Source of the DNA: Octopus vulgaris | Taxonomy: Eukaryota | Direction of reading: 5' to 3' | DNA: 64,000 nt | Assembly: GCA_951406725.2 (NCBI GenBank) | Contig: OX597822.1 | Location: 90,582,001 to 90,646,000, forward strand | Part shown: piece by piece, positions 52,004 to 64,000 of the stretch | How positions within the stretch are numbered: position 1 is the first letter of the stretch | Layout: each line of letters opens with the position of its first letter | Program-made: the position numbers and the translations under genes | Notes under the pieces: generated by a model | What the model was told of the DNA's origin: nothing | Database searches by the model: none | Seen by the model: the letters and a program-made list of their open reading frames with translations, nothing else

Positions 52004-53935
52004 TTTGTTACAATACTCTCCTCATATGCATAAAGAGAAATATACTCACACACATAAATAGAGAGTGGGGTGAGAAGGGGAGGGAAAGAGAGAGAGGAAC
52101 ATTAAAATGAGGGAAACATTAAAAATATTTGATAAATAAGTCAGTGTTAAATCAGTGGCACCAAAATGGGCGTGCCAAAACGTCTCATGTCTCCAGGATA
52201 ACTCTTGATTCTATAACTCAAACTTCCTCTTTTTAAGTGATCTAGATTAAAATCTTCATGAAAATTTCATGCTATATTTGAAACACCAGCTTAATAATCC
52301 TTTCTATGATAGGCACAAAGCCTGTAATTTTTGAGGAGGGGGAGGAGCTAGTTGATTACATCAACCCTAGTGCATAACTGGTACTTATTTCATCTACCCA
52401 AAAAGAATGAAAGGCAAAGGCAACATCAGCAGAATCAGCAGACCAAAATACCGCCAAGCAGTTTGCCTGATGTGCTAATCATTCTACCAGCTCACTGCCA
52501 CACCAGCTTAAATAACGACAGCTATTTTACTAAATTCGTGATTGTTTTCAAAATTAATTGAAGAAAAGGCAGTATATTCCAACAGAAATTTGGAAACAAA
52601 GGGTGAATTTCAGCAAGTTTATGCTGAAGCATTGCAAATAAACCTGTACGATTAATATTTCCTGTAAACTGAAGATGACTTATGTACTGACCTAAATATT
52701 TCTTTCTAATCAGTTTGGTGCTTCACTACTCTGAATTTTAATCAAGCCAGAATCAACTTTGACATTTATTATTCCCTGGCCTACAAAATAGCTACGAATA
52801 ATATTCAGTTGATTCAGTCAATTATAACATCTTCCGAAACTGTAAAGGCAAAATAGAACAAATTGTAGTTCTGGACCAGAAACAATCACATATTGCTTTA
52901 ATTTATCAAAATGGAGATTAGTTACCAAGATTTTCTGATTAAAAGAAACTAATCTTGTATGGAAGTTGAGTTTTGACTTTCAAATCTAAAAATCTGTTTG
53001 TAACTTGTGAAAATATTAACTTGTCCTTTAATATGTGTCATGCACTCATTAAAAAAAAAAAGTAATTTCTTTTTAAAAATTTTTACCACTGCAAAGTATC
53101 TTTTACACTTGCTTTATGTTTCTTTCTTCTCCAGAAATATTTAATAATTAAATATTATATTTATATCTAATTTCACTAACTTACTCCTCCCTACTGCATA
53201 ATGGTATCAATTGTTATTTTGAATGTTTAAAACTCTCTATATACAAGTTGTCTAGTTTCTGTTACTTGTGAAATACCAAACGAATACAGAGGGAGAGTCT
53301 CTACATGGTTATCTTATCTGCTAGAAACAACAGCTAAAATTTTTTCAAATCAAACTCTATCATATTGAAGACTAGATTCATTGTGTAAAGTAGTCACAGA
53401 TGGTCACTGCTGGAATACTCAGTAATTTGACCTAGGGTTAAACAACAAGAACGGAAAGTTTGATATATATACCAATGTGAATTGATTGCTTTCATAATGA
53501 TAGACATCTTTAAGGTCAAACATGAAATACATGTAAAAAATAATGTTATCAACTAATTGCTTTTATTTCTTTTCATATATTTATTTCTAGTTAATTAGCC
53601 TTCTATTTATAGATATCATAATACTAACATATGGTTTTTCATGTGGATGGCTTCTGTGAATTGATCTCTAAAGCATTCTTTTTTCTTACACCAATAAATG
53701 TGTAGTTTTGTATCTTTGTTATTCACTATTTTAGCAAGTATAAGACCAAAACATAAATGGAATTGTCGCATATACTAGACAGAAAAATGAAAATTTTAGA
53801 AATATTTTTTGTTTGTTAATGTATTCTATCTGAATAGACTGTTCCAGAATCTGGCACAAATTAAGAATTTTGAATAAAAAAATTAAGAAATATATAGGAA
53901 TAACAGAACACCAATTTTTGTATGAATTGTACATT

Positions 53936-54348
53936 CTTTACTCTCTTTTTACTCTTTTACTTGTTTCAGTCATTTGACTGTGGCCATGCTGGAGCACCGC
54001 CTTTAGTTGAGCAACTCGACCCCGGGACTTATTCTTTGTAAGCCCAGTACTTATTCTATCGGTCTCTTTTGCCGAACCGCTAAGCGATGGGGACATAAAC
54101 ACACCAGCATCGGTTGTCAAGCGATGTTGGGGGGACAAACACAGACATACAAACATACACGCACACATATATATATACATATATACGATGGGCTTCTTTC
54201 AGTTTCTGTCTACCAAATCCACTCACAAGGCTTTGGTCAGCCCGAGGCTATAGTAGAAGACACTTGCCCAAGGTGCCACGCAGTGGAACTGAACCCGGAA
54301 CCATGCAATTGGTAAACAAGCTACTTACCACACAGCCACTCCTGCGCC
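53936..54348 (-). mobile_element. Full-length SINE family A
   Basis: High similarity to the 24191 copy over its whole length. Confidence 0.92.
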
Positions 54349-54800
54349 ATTATTGAAAATTGTTTTTGAATGTCTATTTTATATATTTTTCAAATAGGAT
54401 AGACGTAGGAATTAGTTTCGGGATAGACATAGGAATTAATCCTTGTCATCCCCTTGTTCATGGAAAGATTTTATCTGAATTATAAGAGAAGTAAATAATT
54501 GTTTAGGATTCAGTGCTCCCGATCATTTAAACACTGAATTCACTCTCTTTAACTAGGTAGTTGAGAGTTAAGTGTAGTTCCAATTCCAAGAGGTTTCGGT
54601 TGTTTTTTTTTAACCAATTTCTTCAACTCACTTGAGATAATGTTCTATAGCGTACTTGTATCTACTGTAAATTCAAAGATATACAATATCTAAATGAAAT
54701 TGAAAGGAAAGAAGAAGAATTAAGCTACAAAATTCTTACATTCTCTCAATTTCCTGTAATTTAGACTGCCTCATGGCCCCAGCAGACAAAATGGAAAATG

Positions 54801-57071
54801 TGTAGTAGTGTAGTTGGTTGATATTAGGTGAAATTGCTGAATAAACATTACAACACTACATTGATCCTATTAAACTATATTTATTTTGTCAAAACGTTGC
54901 TTATAAAATGTATAGTTGTCACAGTAAAAAAATGAGATGGAGAAAAGGATGTGTGGACAATTCTACGTTTGCAATCCTTAAAGTATTCAAAATATTATTG
55001 AAATAAACTGAGAAGAACTGACAATGAGATGATCATCAATATAGGTGAAAGCGAAATGTTGGAAAGTGCTAGAAGCGTTTCTCAGGCCAAATGGCATTGT
55101 CAGGAATTCGAATGATCCAAAAGGCATTGTTATAGCAATTTTGGGAATGTTAGCCTGATTGACTGGAGTTTGGTGATACAATCAGATGAAGTCTGTCTTT
55201 GAAAAAATGGTTCAGCCATGCAGAGAAGTTGTAAAATCATGCAGATGAGGGATAGGGTATTGATTAGGGACTGTTATACCATTGAGGCATTGAAAATCTT
55301 CTGCTGGTCTCCAGTCCCTTGATTTTTTCCATCACTATTTGCAGGGGTGAGGCCTAACTACCGTTTGGATGAATTATTCTGAGCTGAAGCATGTGACTGA
55401 ACTTGGCCTTAGCTACTGCAAGTTTGTCTGGAGGTAGACACTTAGGATATGCAAAAACTGGAGATCCTTTGGTCATTATGTGATGAAAAGTAGTCTGGGT
55501 AGCAGCATTAACTGTGGAAGTTAATTTTGTTAAATCAGGAAACGACTGAAGTAAAGCATGATATCTGACTGAAGTGGCTGCAATAAAAATATAGTGGACT
55601 GACAGAAGCACAATTGACATATTGTCCAGAATTGTAGAAGTGAATGCTACTATCAATCAGTCTTTTTCTCTTGATGTTGACCATCAATAAAAAATGGTGG
55701 AGAAAATCTGCTCCACTGGAAGCTATGTTTGAGATTCAGATCCAGTGTTAGTGAAAGTTCTCCATAAGTTTTGATTTGCAAGCAGTTGACAGCTTGCAGG
55801 GTGATGTCTGAACTGACGTTTTCCTTTCGCATATTTTGATGACCAAATGTTGCAGGATGCCCCAGAATCTACCAGAAATTCTTTCTTTGATGCCAGCCTA
55901 ATATAAAAGATGTGTGACTTGAGGAAATAGTGCCAGGAACTGCGGTCATGCTTGGAGCTTGGCTTTTTAGTTTTTCTGGTGTTTAAATGAACAAGGTGGC
56001 GTGCATTTGACAGCTGCAAAGCCAAATTTGCAATGGTACCAGCAGAAAGGTCTTGACTGAGAGCTAGGGGAATGGGAATGTGGACGATAACAAATAAAAC
56101 AGTGTGGTGACTTGCTTCTGCTCACTCATAGGTTGCAAACCTCAGCAACTAGGCTGTCTATAGCCTTCTGTGTGGTTTGGCAAAATTGCTGAAAATCAGA
56201 CATACTGGAAGCAACTGGTGTAGATGAGGTGTGACGATCTGAAATGGTTGTTGTAAATTCCATTATTCTATCAGTAGCAATCTGATCTACAGTGCAGACA
56301 TCACAAATTGGCATGATTGCTTGAAGATTGTTTGGTAGATGAGAAAATGGTTGCTTGAGCATCTTGCTGTCACAGCTGAGCTACCTTCCATGAGACATCA
56401 CATATGATGCAGGAGCTGTGATGGAGTGCTGTCTCCCCCATGCTCATCATGTAGGAGTTTGTGGAACCTCTTCTCAGCAGAGGGATTATTTCCATCTCCA
56501 CAGATGAATATGTTGCGTCTGCTGGCGGAGTTGTCATCAGGTCTCATAATTCGCCTGTTAATGATGATAGTAACGAGCTTAGTAGAATAATATATAATTG
56601 TTGCTGCTCCGAATTGTGCCTATTAGTGGTGAAGAATGCTTCTAGTTGAGCGAACCAGACTGAAATGTCCTCTGTGAGAATTGACATCGGAGGTTGATTC
56701 ATGGCAACTATGGTGGTTGCACTGGAGGAGAATGCAACATGATGCAGATCTGTAGAAATATGGTTAGTGGAGACAACAGAATTAGCTATTATGTAGTGAT
56801 TGTTACGTCAAGGCTATGAGTATGTTATGGTTGTTAGCAGGTGGTTGTATACTCAGGAAGCTGTAATTCTTTATGTCGTAGGTCACCAGTATGTAGTGGT
56901 GTAGTTGGTTGATGTTAGGTGAAATTGTTGAACAATCATTACAACACTACATTGATCAAACTAAAATACACTTATTTCGTCAAAGCATTGCTTATAAAAT
57001 GTATAGCTGTCACAGTGAAAGGATATGTGGACAATTCTACATTTGCAATCCTTAAAGTATTCAAAATATTA
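54801..57071 (-). mobile_element. Gypsy LTR retrotransposon, decayed and internally deleted
   Basis: LTR homology between 54801-54997 and 56892-57071; PBS TGGTGACC at 56881-56888; gag 'VWFAQLEAFF'; protease 'FLVDSGA'; RT 'IPKIAITMPFGSFEFLTMPFGLRNA..YIDD'. The outer boundary of the 5' LTR is not resolved. Confidence 0.9.
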
Positions 57072-57428
57072 CTTAAAGGGTGGAGATAACCTTCTCTTTA
57101 TAGCTCCCTAATTCGGTTAACTAAGACAGTTCTCGGTTTAATGTTTGGTTGAGGAAGCAGACAAATTGATATTATAGCAGCAGTGGCTAATTGTCTCATT
57201 TGTCAGCAATCTGTTGGAGAAATATCAGCTAGCAGTAATTTTTGGTGGTAAAGGAAAGATATATTTGGCCCACTGATTTTGCGTGTGTGCAGTCAGTATT
57301 AAAGCAAAATTCTGCCAATCTCCGTGACAAAGATGAGATGTGTCTTAGCGTATTTAGAGTCGATCTCTGTTTGTGTGACAGAGAGGCGATGTGACTTCAT
57401 TCATCATGTGTAGAATTCTGTGTATTAA

Positions 57429-57642
57429 CCCTTTCGCTACCGTATTTATTTTGAGATGCTCTGTGTTTCTTTGAATTACTTTAAGTATAACAAAGAATTT
57501 AGTAAAATAACTTGGTTATCATTCAGCTAGTGTTAGGAACATAAATTGTGACCAAGGTTTGGTGGAAGATTTTAATTCAAAACTCATGGAAACAAGACAT
57601 TTGTACTCAGAGCCAGTTTCAACCGGGTTGGTAATGAAAGGG
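57429..57642. mobile_element. piggyBac-type MITE
   Basis: TTAA|CCC...GGG|TTAA; same family as the 25988 copy. Confidence 0.88.
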
Positions 57643-57824
57643 TTAAGGCTAAAATGGCTTGTATATATAGGAAAACTGATCAGCTATGCAAAGAGCTATA
57701 TTGTATATCTATGTGAGAACAATGGCAAGGTAATCTAGAGTGGGGGTTGTTATTTCAGGTTATTCTACTCTAGTGGGGTTAGAGATCAAGTGGCGAAAAC
57801 ATTAACCAATCAAGGATAGCCATT

Positions 57825-59077
57825 GGACGTTCAATAAGTAATGCCCCTGACCCACTTGCAGTTGTTTGATCTAGCTGAAATTTTGCATGTGCAATTATTT
57901 ATATCTCTATAGATTAAGTGACAAATTACAGCTCTGAACTAATTGTGGTTTCTGATTTACAGGCATTTGAACTGAGTCAAGTGTGAAATGGAGCCTGTTG
58001 AGTGTCGAGCAGTGATCCGGGTGTTTGTATTTGAAAGGACGCATACCATGGGAGACTTTTGATGAAATGAAAGTAATTTATGGTGATGATGCCCCATCAT
58101 ATGACCTTGTAAAATGCTGGCATCGTGAATTCAAACATGGTCGGAACTCTGTGGAAACAGCTTCCAGATCTGGTCGCTCCCCCTCTGCCATTGATGAGGC
58201 ATCTGTCCGTCAAGTTGAGGCTGCCATTTTGGAAGATCGACGCATAACTATTCGCCAAATAGCCCATGAGGTCATGATTAGTACCGGGTCTGTGGAAACT
58301 ATCATTCATGACCATTTGCATATGCAAAAGGTGTCTACCAGATGGATTCCCAGGTTGCTCACACCTTTCCAGAAGCAAGAATGCGTCGAGTGCTCGAGGA
58401 TGAATTTGGAGATGTGCCAAGAAGATGAGTCAAAATTTTTTCAAAAGACTGATTACACAGGATGAAACCTGGGTCCATCACTATGATCCAAAGACCAAAG
58501 CCCAGTCAATGCAGTGGAAGCACCATGACTCACCTCCTCCAAAGAAGGCAAGGGTGCAGCCCTCCGCTGGCAAGGTCATGCTCACAGTCTTCTGGGACCA
58601 GGACGGAGTAGGGATGACAGATTTCCTGGCAAAAGGTACCACAATTACAGGAGCCTATTATGCTTCACTTTTGAGGAAATTAAGAGAAGCTATCAAAATC
58701 AAGAGGCGGGGCAAGATCAGCAAACTCGCGTGTCGCCAGATCAGAAGCACAGGTGTGCGGCTATGAACTGCTCCCCCATACCCCCTACTCTCCTGACCTT
58801 GCACCCTCTGATTTTCACCTCATCCCAGCCATAAAGTTGCTTTTGAAAGGAAAGCGTTTCCCAGATGATGCAGTCTTGATTTCTGAAGTCATGTTGTGGT
58901 TGGAGGTTCAAGTTGGGGTCTTCTATAAAAACGGTCTCCAGAGCTGCATCAAACGATGGGAGAAATGCATAACTCTGGATGGTTCCTATGTAGAAAAAGA
59001 CTAATAACTGTGCCAAGTTTCGTTGCTCTACTGCTATGGGAAGTGGGTCAGGGGCATTACTTATTGAACAGCCCTCG
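57825..59077 (+). mobile_element. Near full-length mariner with a frameshifted transposase (57988-59004)
   Basis: TIRs 'gttcaataagtaatgcccctgacccactt' / 'aagtgggtcaggggcattacttattgaac'. Motifs 'WIPRLL', 'ITQDETWVHHYDP' and 'PYSPDLAPSDFHL'; the HDNA segment is deleted. Confidence 0.92.
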
Positions 59078-60306
59078 TAGCTGTCAGCGTGTGTGGTCTT
59101 ATTGTTCTTAACTAAAATCAATAGCATTACCTAGCTAGGAGGGAAACTAGTGATTTGGTTTCAAATCTAATGCTAGCCGGTCTGCAAACGAAAATGTATT
59201 CCACGCACCCATTACAAAGGCATTGCCGCAGATGATGGTAAGGGAAATGCACTGGAACAACCACTCTGACTATTGCACTTGCAGATAGCCAGCACCTCAT
59301 TGGTTTGATCAACAATATTATCAACCTATAGAAAGATACATAGGATTGCTCATGGGTGTATTTAGCTAACACCAAATACAGGGTGAAAAAAAAGTTATTA
59401 ATAGTTATTTACAAAGATAGTTAACAGAAACCATTCTATTGCTAACACTGAAAAAGAATACCTGTTTTTATTTTCATTTGTTTATTCTTACTTCTGTATA
59501 AGTTATTTAGGCTGTCACTTAGATATTTAAGTTATCTAGATGGATGAAGCAGGCTAGTTGAAGAACATTCTTTATAAGTATATGAAATACCTAGTTTTTC
59601 AAAAGTTCCTGGTGAGTTCCAACATTTACTTATCTGTATACAAGCACTGACACACTCTCTCGCTCTCTCTCTTTATTTTCTTTCTCTTTCTTTCTTTCTT
59701 TTCCTTCCTTCCTGTTCCTTTCCTTTCTTTCTTTCTTTCTTTCTTTCTAACTAAAGGGTGCAGGGTGTAAATAATTTAAATAACCAAGTATGCTATTTAT
59801 TACTGGCGCTTATTTTACCAAGTTGGAAAGTTTGAAAATAAAGTCAGTTTTGGTAGCTAGGAAAGTATTTAATGTAGTGCGTGCTATCTTTTTCTTTCTG
59901 CTTGAGCTGATATATATATATTATGAAGATAACTGATTAAGTTCACAGAAGCACATCGTAAAGCCTGCATAGTATTTAGCTATAAATAATTACAGTTAAG
60001 GGGATGTTATTATATTTAATGTTAAGAACTATGACATTTTAATTAAAATTACATCTGTATTTATAAGGGAAGAAAATCATTATGCTAATGGTTATTCTGG
60101 CCAAGAAGATTAGAAAACTCCAGAATTTATTATTAAATTCACTGGGAGAGTGAATCTGACCTTTGGCAGTATAGTGATAGCTTTGGGTATGTTTCAACCT
60201 TATTAAACCATAACAGAGAAGCATATTTAACTCTTTACTGCTAGATCTTAATGACTAGAAAGATGTAAGTTTTTGTGATTAAGCATTAAGTGGAGTGATA
60301 ATTTAA

Positions 60307-60503
60307 CCCTTTAGCGTTCAGATTATTCTATCAAACATAATGCCTATTGATTCCCATTGATTTGTATTAATCATGCATTATCTCATATCTTCAAGATGTA
60401 GAATAACATTGTAGGGTAGGTGTGAGAGCCTGGATCTTGCCAGTTTGAACATGAAACAGATTAACTGTTTTGGCCGGATATGGCCAGTTTAAATACTAAA
60501 GGG
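60307..60503. mobile_element. piggyBac-type MITE, second family
   Basis: TTAA|CCCTTTAG...CTAAAGGG|TTAA. Confidence 0.8.
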
Positions 60504-61780
60504 TTAAAGGAAGAGCTGGGAGAAAAATATCTTGAACTCCAGTTGTGTGAAAGTTGTGTGTTTTCTCTCATCATTTTCAGATCTGGTAGTAACAGGCCAT
60601 GTTTTTTTGACACAGTCTACTAATACCAAAATAGAGGTGTTGCTGTACTGTCAAAGACCAGATCACTCAGTTTATTTTTAATTAAAAATTTTTGATAAAG
60701 ATTAATTCAAATACTGATTTTTTTTTCCTCATTGCTTAGGGTTAATTTTAATTGAAATATCTTGGCTCACTACATTATGTTAGCACCCACTTTATTAATT
60801 GTTTTTTATGCAGCAGGATTCCCTTCCTATTTTTCCCCGGGTATTATTCTAAGTTACTCTATTTCTTTGACTTATGCTGTAGTTTCCATTTAAAGTCAAT
60901 AGGAAATCTATTCAAGGATATTTGGTTGCTATATTGGTTGGTTCATATGATTACACAGCTCTTTCACTGGCTTATTGATGCTGTTGTTGTTGGTAGTAAT
61001 GTATTTGATACTTTTCTGGAATCGTCTTCCTCTTGACATCTCCCATATTCTAAAGATGATAGTATTCATAACTTGTCTCTGTGTAAAAGGTATTGTCTTT
61101 ACTGGCAAGTTTTTGTATGCTCTTCATAATTAAATATTCTCTTATACTGAATCATTTCTGAGTTTGTACAATTTTAAGAAAACTCTTAATTTTTAAATCA
61201 TTATCTGCAGTTTTAACTTTCTGAATTCTTTTTGTTTTTTTAAATAGCATAGACAACTCTGTGAAAGCTTAGTTTACATGCAACTGAGATTTTACAACCA
61301 TTAAATTTTCTATGAGTGATGGCTAAAGTAGATTAAATTTTGAGATAGAACCACATAATTTATCATCTAAAAGTCAGCAAATACCTAACTTCACAAGAAC
61401 CTGTTGGCCTATTTCTCAACATTAGGAGCAAGCAGGTTTTAAATTTATCAGTGGGTACAAAGTTATGTTAACTTTATCTCTCTTCAGTTATCAACCTGGT
61501 TAATTTTTTAATAGCTTCTAGATTTTTGAATTTTAACAAAATTCCTAAATTAAGCAACCGCTGAGTAAACTTTCTAAAAGAGATAAGATTTGTAGTTTCC
61601 TTGGTCCATCAAAGCCACAGTAAGAGAAATGGAGCGTGAACTTGATGCTCAATTTCTTTTACTGTGGTTTTGATAATTTTGCAAGTTTTGGCTGTAATTA
61701 AAGAGGAAATCTAATGTTTGTATTAATAATTGAAAGTTTATAGATAGGCTTTAATTCATAATTCTATGTTTAAGTCATCA

Positions 61781-63342
61781 CTACTCTTTTACTTGTTTCA
61801 ATCATTTGACTGTGGCCATGCTGGAGCACCACCTTCAGTTGAGCAAATCAACCCCAGGACTTATTCTTTGTAAGCTTAGTACTTATTCTATTGGTCTCTT
61901 TTGCCGAACCGCTAAGTTACAGGGATGTAAACACACCAGCATCGGTTGTCAAGCGATGTTGGGGGGACAAACACAGACAGAGAAACATATACACACACAC
62001 ATAACATATATATATATATATAAAATTTTAGTTCATCACAAAACCTCGCTAAGATAAGTATTTATTTATATTTAAGATCTTTTAAATTGTAAATTTTAAT
62101 ATTTTATAAGTCTTTGGTGTAATATTTTTCTTATGTAAATATCGTTGTTTATGTAATGATCTAATTATCGTAATTTTCTATATAATTATTAGATATTAAA
62201 TTTAAGTTTATTCGTAAGATATTACTTAGCGATAGATATGTTGTTTGATAGCAAGAATACGAGTTGTCTAAAGTTAGGTTTATGTATATACATGTATTAA
62301 TAGCATTAATTGTAGTTTTAAATTTCTTATAATTAAAATTAGATAAACTTAGATAGACTTAGATATGTTTCGACCAAAGATTGGTCCAGGCCATGTCTAA
62401 CTTAATAGCATAACTTAGTTATTGTCTTTTTAAATTGATATTTGCTAGTTTTTTCCCATTGATAAATATATTTATAGTATTTATAGTATTTATTCGATAC
62501 TATATAACTACGAATTGATTATTTCTATAAGTATTTTAAATATAAGATTTCCGAAAGTTCGTTTAAGTTTGTTTGTATTTTTGAAATTAGCTATTTCATC
62601 TTTAAATATGAAAAATTAATTTATTAGGTCTTTATTATATGTGCATATATATTTATTTATAGAGATTATGTTAGATCTTAATTATAATATTTATATACAT
62701 TTATATATTTTCATTGATAATTTATATATAATAGTCATTTAAAAATTTTTTTTTTTTTAATATTTATGTAATTAGATAAAGACTATTACCGATATTAGAT
62801 TATTGGTGGGTTTCTTACCTTAAAAATTAAAATTTATATTTAACATTATAATCGATTTTGATATAATCATAATCGTTAAGTTTTAAGTTTCTAGTTTGAT
62901 AATAGAGTTTATTATAAGTAAAATTATTATATTATTTATATCTTAAAAATATTGTTTAAATATTTCTGATTATTTTAAAAATATTTCAATTAACCTGAAG
63001 ATTGACTGTAACCATAATTCGAATTATTAATTGAATTTAAATTATTGTTATTCGAATTGGTACAGCCATGAAACGATCGTAGTGTTTTACTCTTTATCTT
63101 TTATTAAACTTTTAATACTTTTGATATTTATATTTAAAAAAAAAAAAATTAATAAATAAAATAATATATAAATATAAATATACATATATATATATATTTG
63201 TATATATATATTTAAAATTTATAAGTTTAAATTATTTAAATAATTTTTTAATTTTTAACTTTTATATTTTTAAATTAATTTAAGTATTGGCTTATGTTTT
63301 TCACTGTTTGATTTGCCTAATAGTGGTTTTATCTCTAATTTA

Positions 63343-63388
<46 letters not shown>

Positions 63389-63553
63389 TACAATGGGCTT
63401 CTTTCAGTTTCCTTCTACCAAATCCACTCACAAGGCTCTGGTCAGCCCGAGGCTATAGTAGAAGATACTTGCCCAAGGTGCCACGCAGTGGGACTGAACC
63501 CAGAACCATGTGGTTGGTAAGCAAGCGACTTACCACACAGCCACTCCTACGCC
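61781..63553 (-). mobile_element. SINE family A split at its internal microsatellite by a 1.3-kb insert
   Basis: Tail half at 61781-62005 and head half at 63377-63553. Confidence 0.88.
62022..63345. mobile_element. Unclassified extremely AT-rich insert within (TA)n, with hammerhead-like structured motifs
   Basis: It interrupts a SINE. GC content is very low (9 of 60 bases in 62161-62220). Hairpins at 62359-62400 and 62995-63081. Confidence 0.55.
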
Positions 63554-63555
63554 TA

Positions 63556-63646
63556 AAAAGGCAAAGTTGACCTCTGCGAATTTTGAACTCGGAACGTTAA
63601 GACAGACGAAATACTGCTAAGCATTTTGCCCATTGTGCCAGCTCAC
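63556..63646 (-). mobile_element. SINE family B 5' fragment
   Basis: Contains 'aaaggcaaagttgacct..ttgaactcggaacg..gacagacgaaatac..tgccagctcac'. Confidence 0.7.
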
Positions 63647-64000
63647 TTGTAGATAATCACCAGACTTCTTCAGTATTTTTTTCTTTTTTCCTTATTATTA
63701 TTTTATTTTTTTTTTTGATAAGATCAATATACTGTTAGAATTTCAGTTTGCATTTATAAAAATCATTTTACTTTTTATTTCCTAGAAATTATCATGTGGG
63801 TAACCATGCCATTTTTATTATTATGAAACCAACACTTGAGCAGATCATATTAAATTGTTATGCTACTGATCTTGGCCAGTGGATTTAATGCTTTCTTATT
63901 TGGTAACAGCAACTGCAGACAAATTTCTGCCACGCCTTTTTAAAAATATTTCCAAGAAATATTTTCAGTATCTACAGTTTTTAGCAGACATGAGTGGAAA

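Noticed and set aside
62022-63345. Mitochondrial insertion (NUMT) as the explanation for the AT-rich block
   Set aside because: I could not recognise any mitochondrial gene, tRNA or rRNA motif. It is not formally excluded without a BLAST search.

Overview
AT-rich, microsatellite-dense eukaryotic DNA. The SINE and LINE repertoire strongly suggests a coleoid cephalopod (Octopus); this is an inference from repeat families, not a database result. I found no intact host protein-coding gene, and almost every long ORF in the track is either a microsatellite artefact or a decayed transposon fragment. The window is a nested transposable-element landscape. Retroelements: seven or so 3' ends of one RTE-type LINE, other RTE, CR1/L2-like, Penelope, L1-like and RLE-type relics, several tRNA-derived SINE families, and two Gypsy LTR relics. 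DNA elements: four mariners, a Chapaev3-type transposon, a Helitron PIF1-helicase remnant interrupted by a mariner, piggyBac-type MITEs, and 8-bp-TSD GG-terminal (Merlin-like) MITEs carrying TTAGGG repeats. A CpG-retaining, large-TE-poor block at about 33.4-37 kb looks like a promoter or first-exon region. The most notable items are (1) a 2.07-kb ORF1-only (Gag/zinc-knuckle, no RT) retroposon with a 16-bp TSD inserted in a SINE head, (2) several minimal type-I hammerhead-ribozyme motifs, (3) a 1.3-kb extremely AT-rich, CpA-depleted but CpG-retaining insert in a (TA)n tract, and (4) a 606-bp almost fully palindromic MITE.
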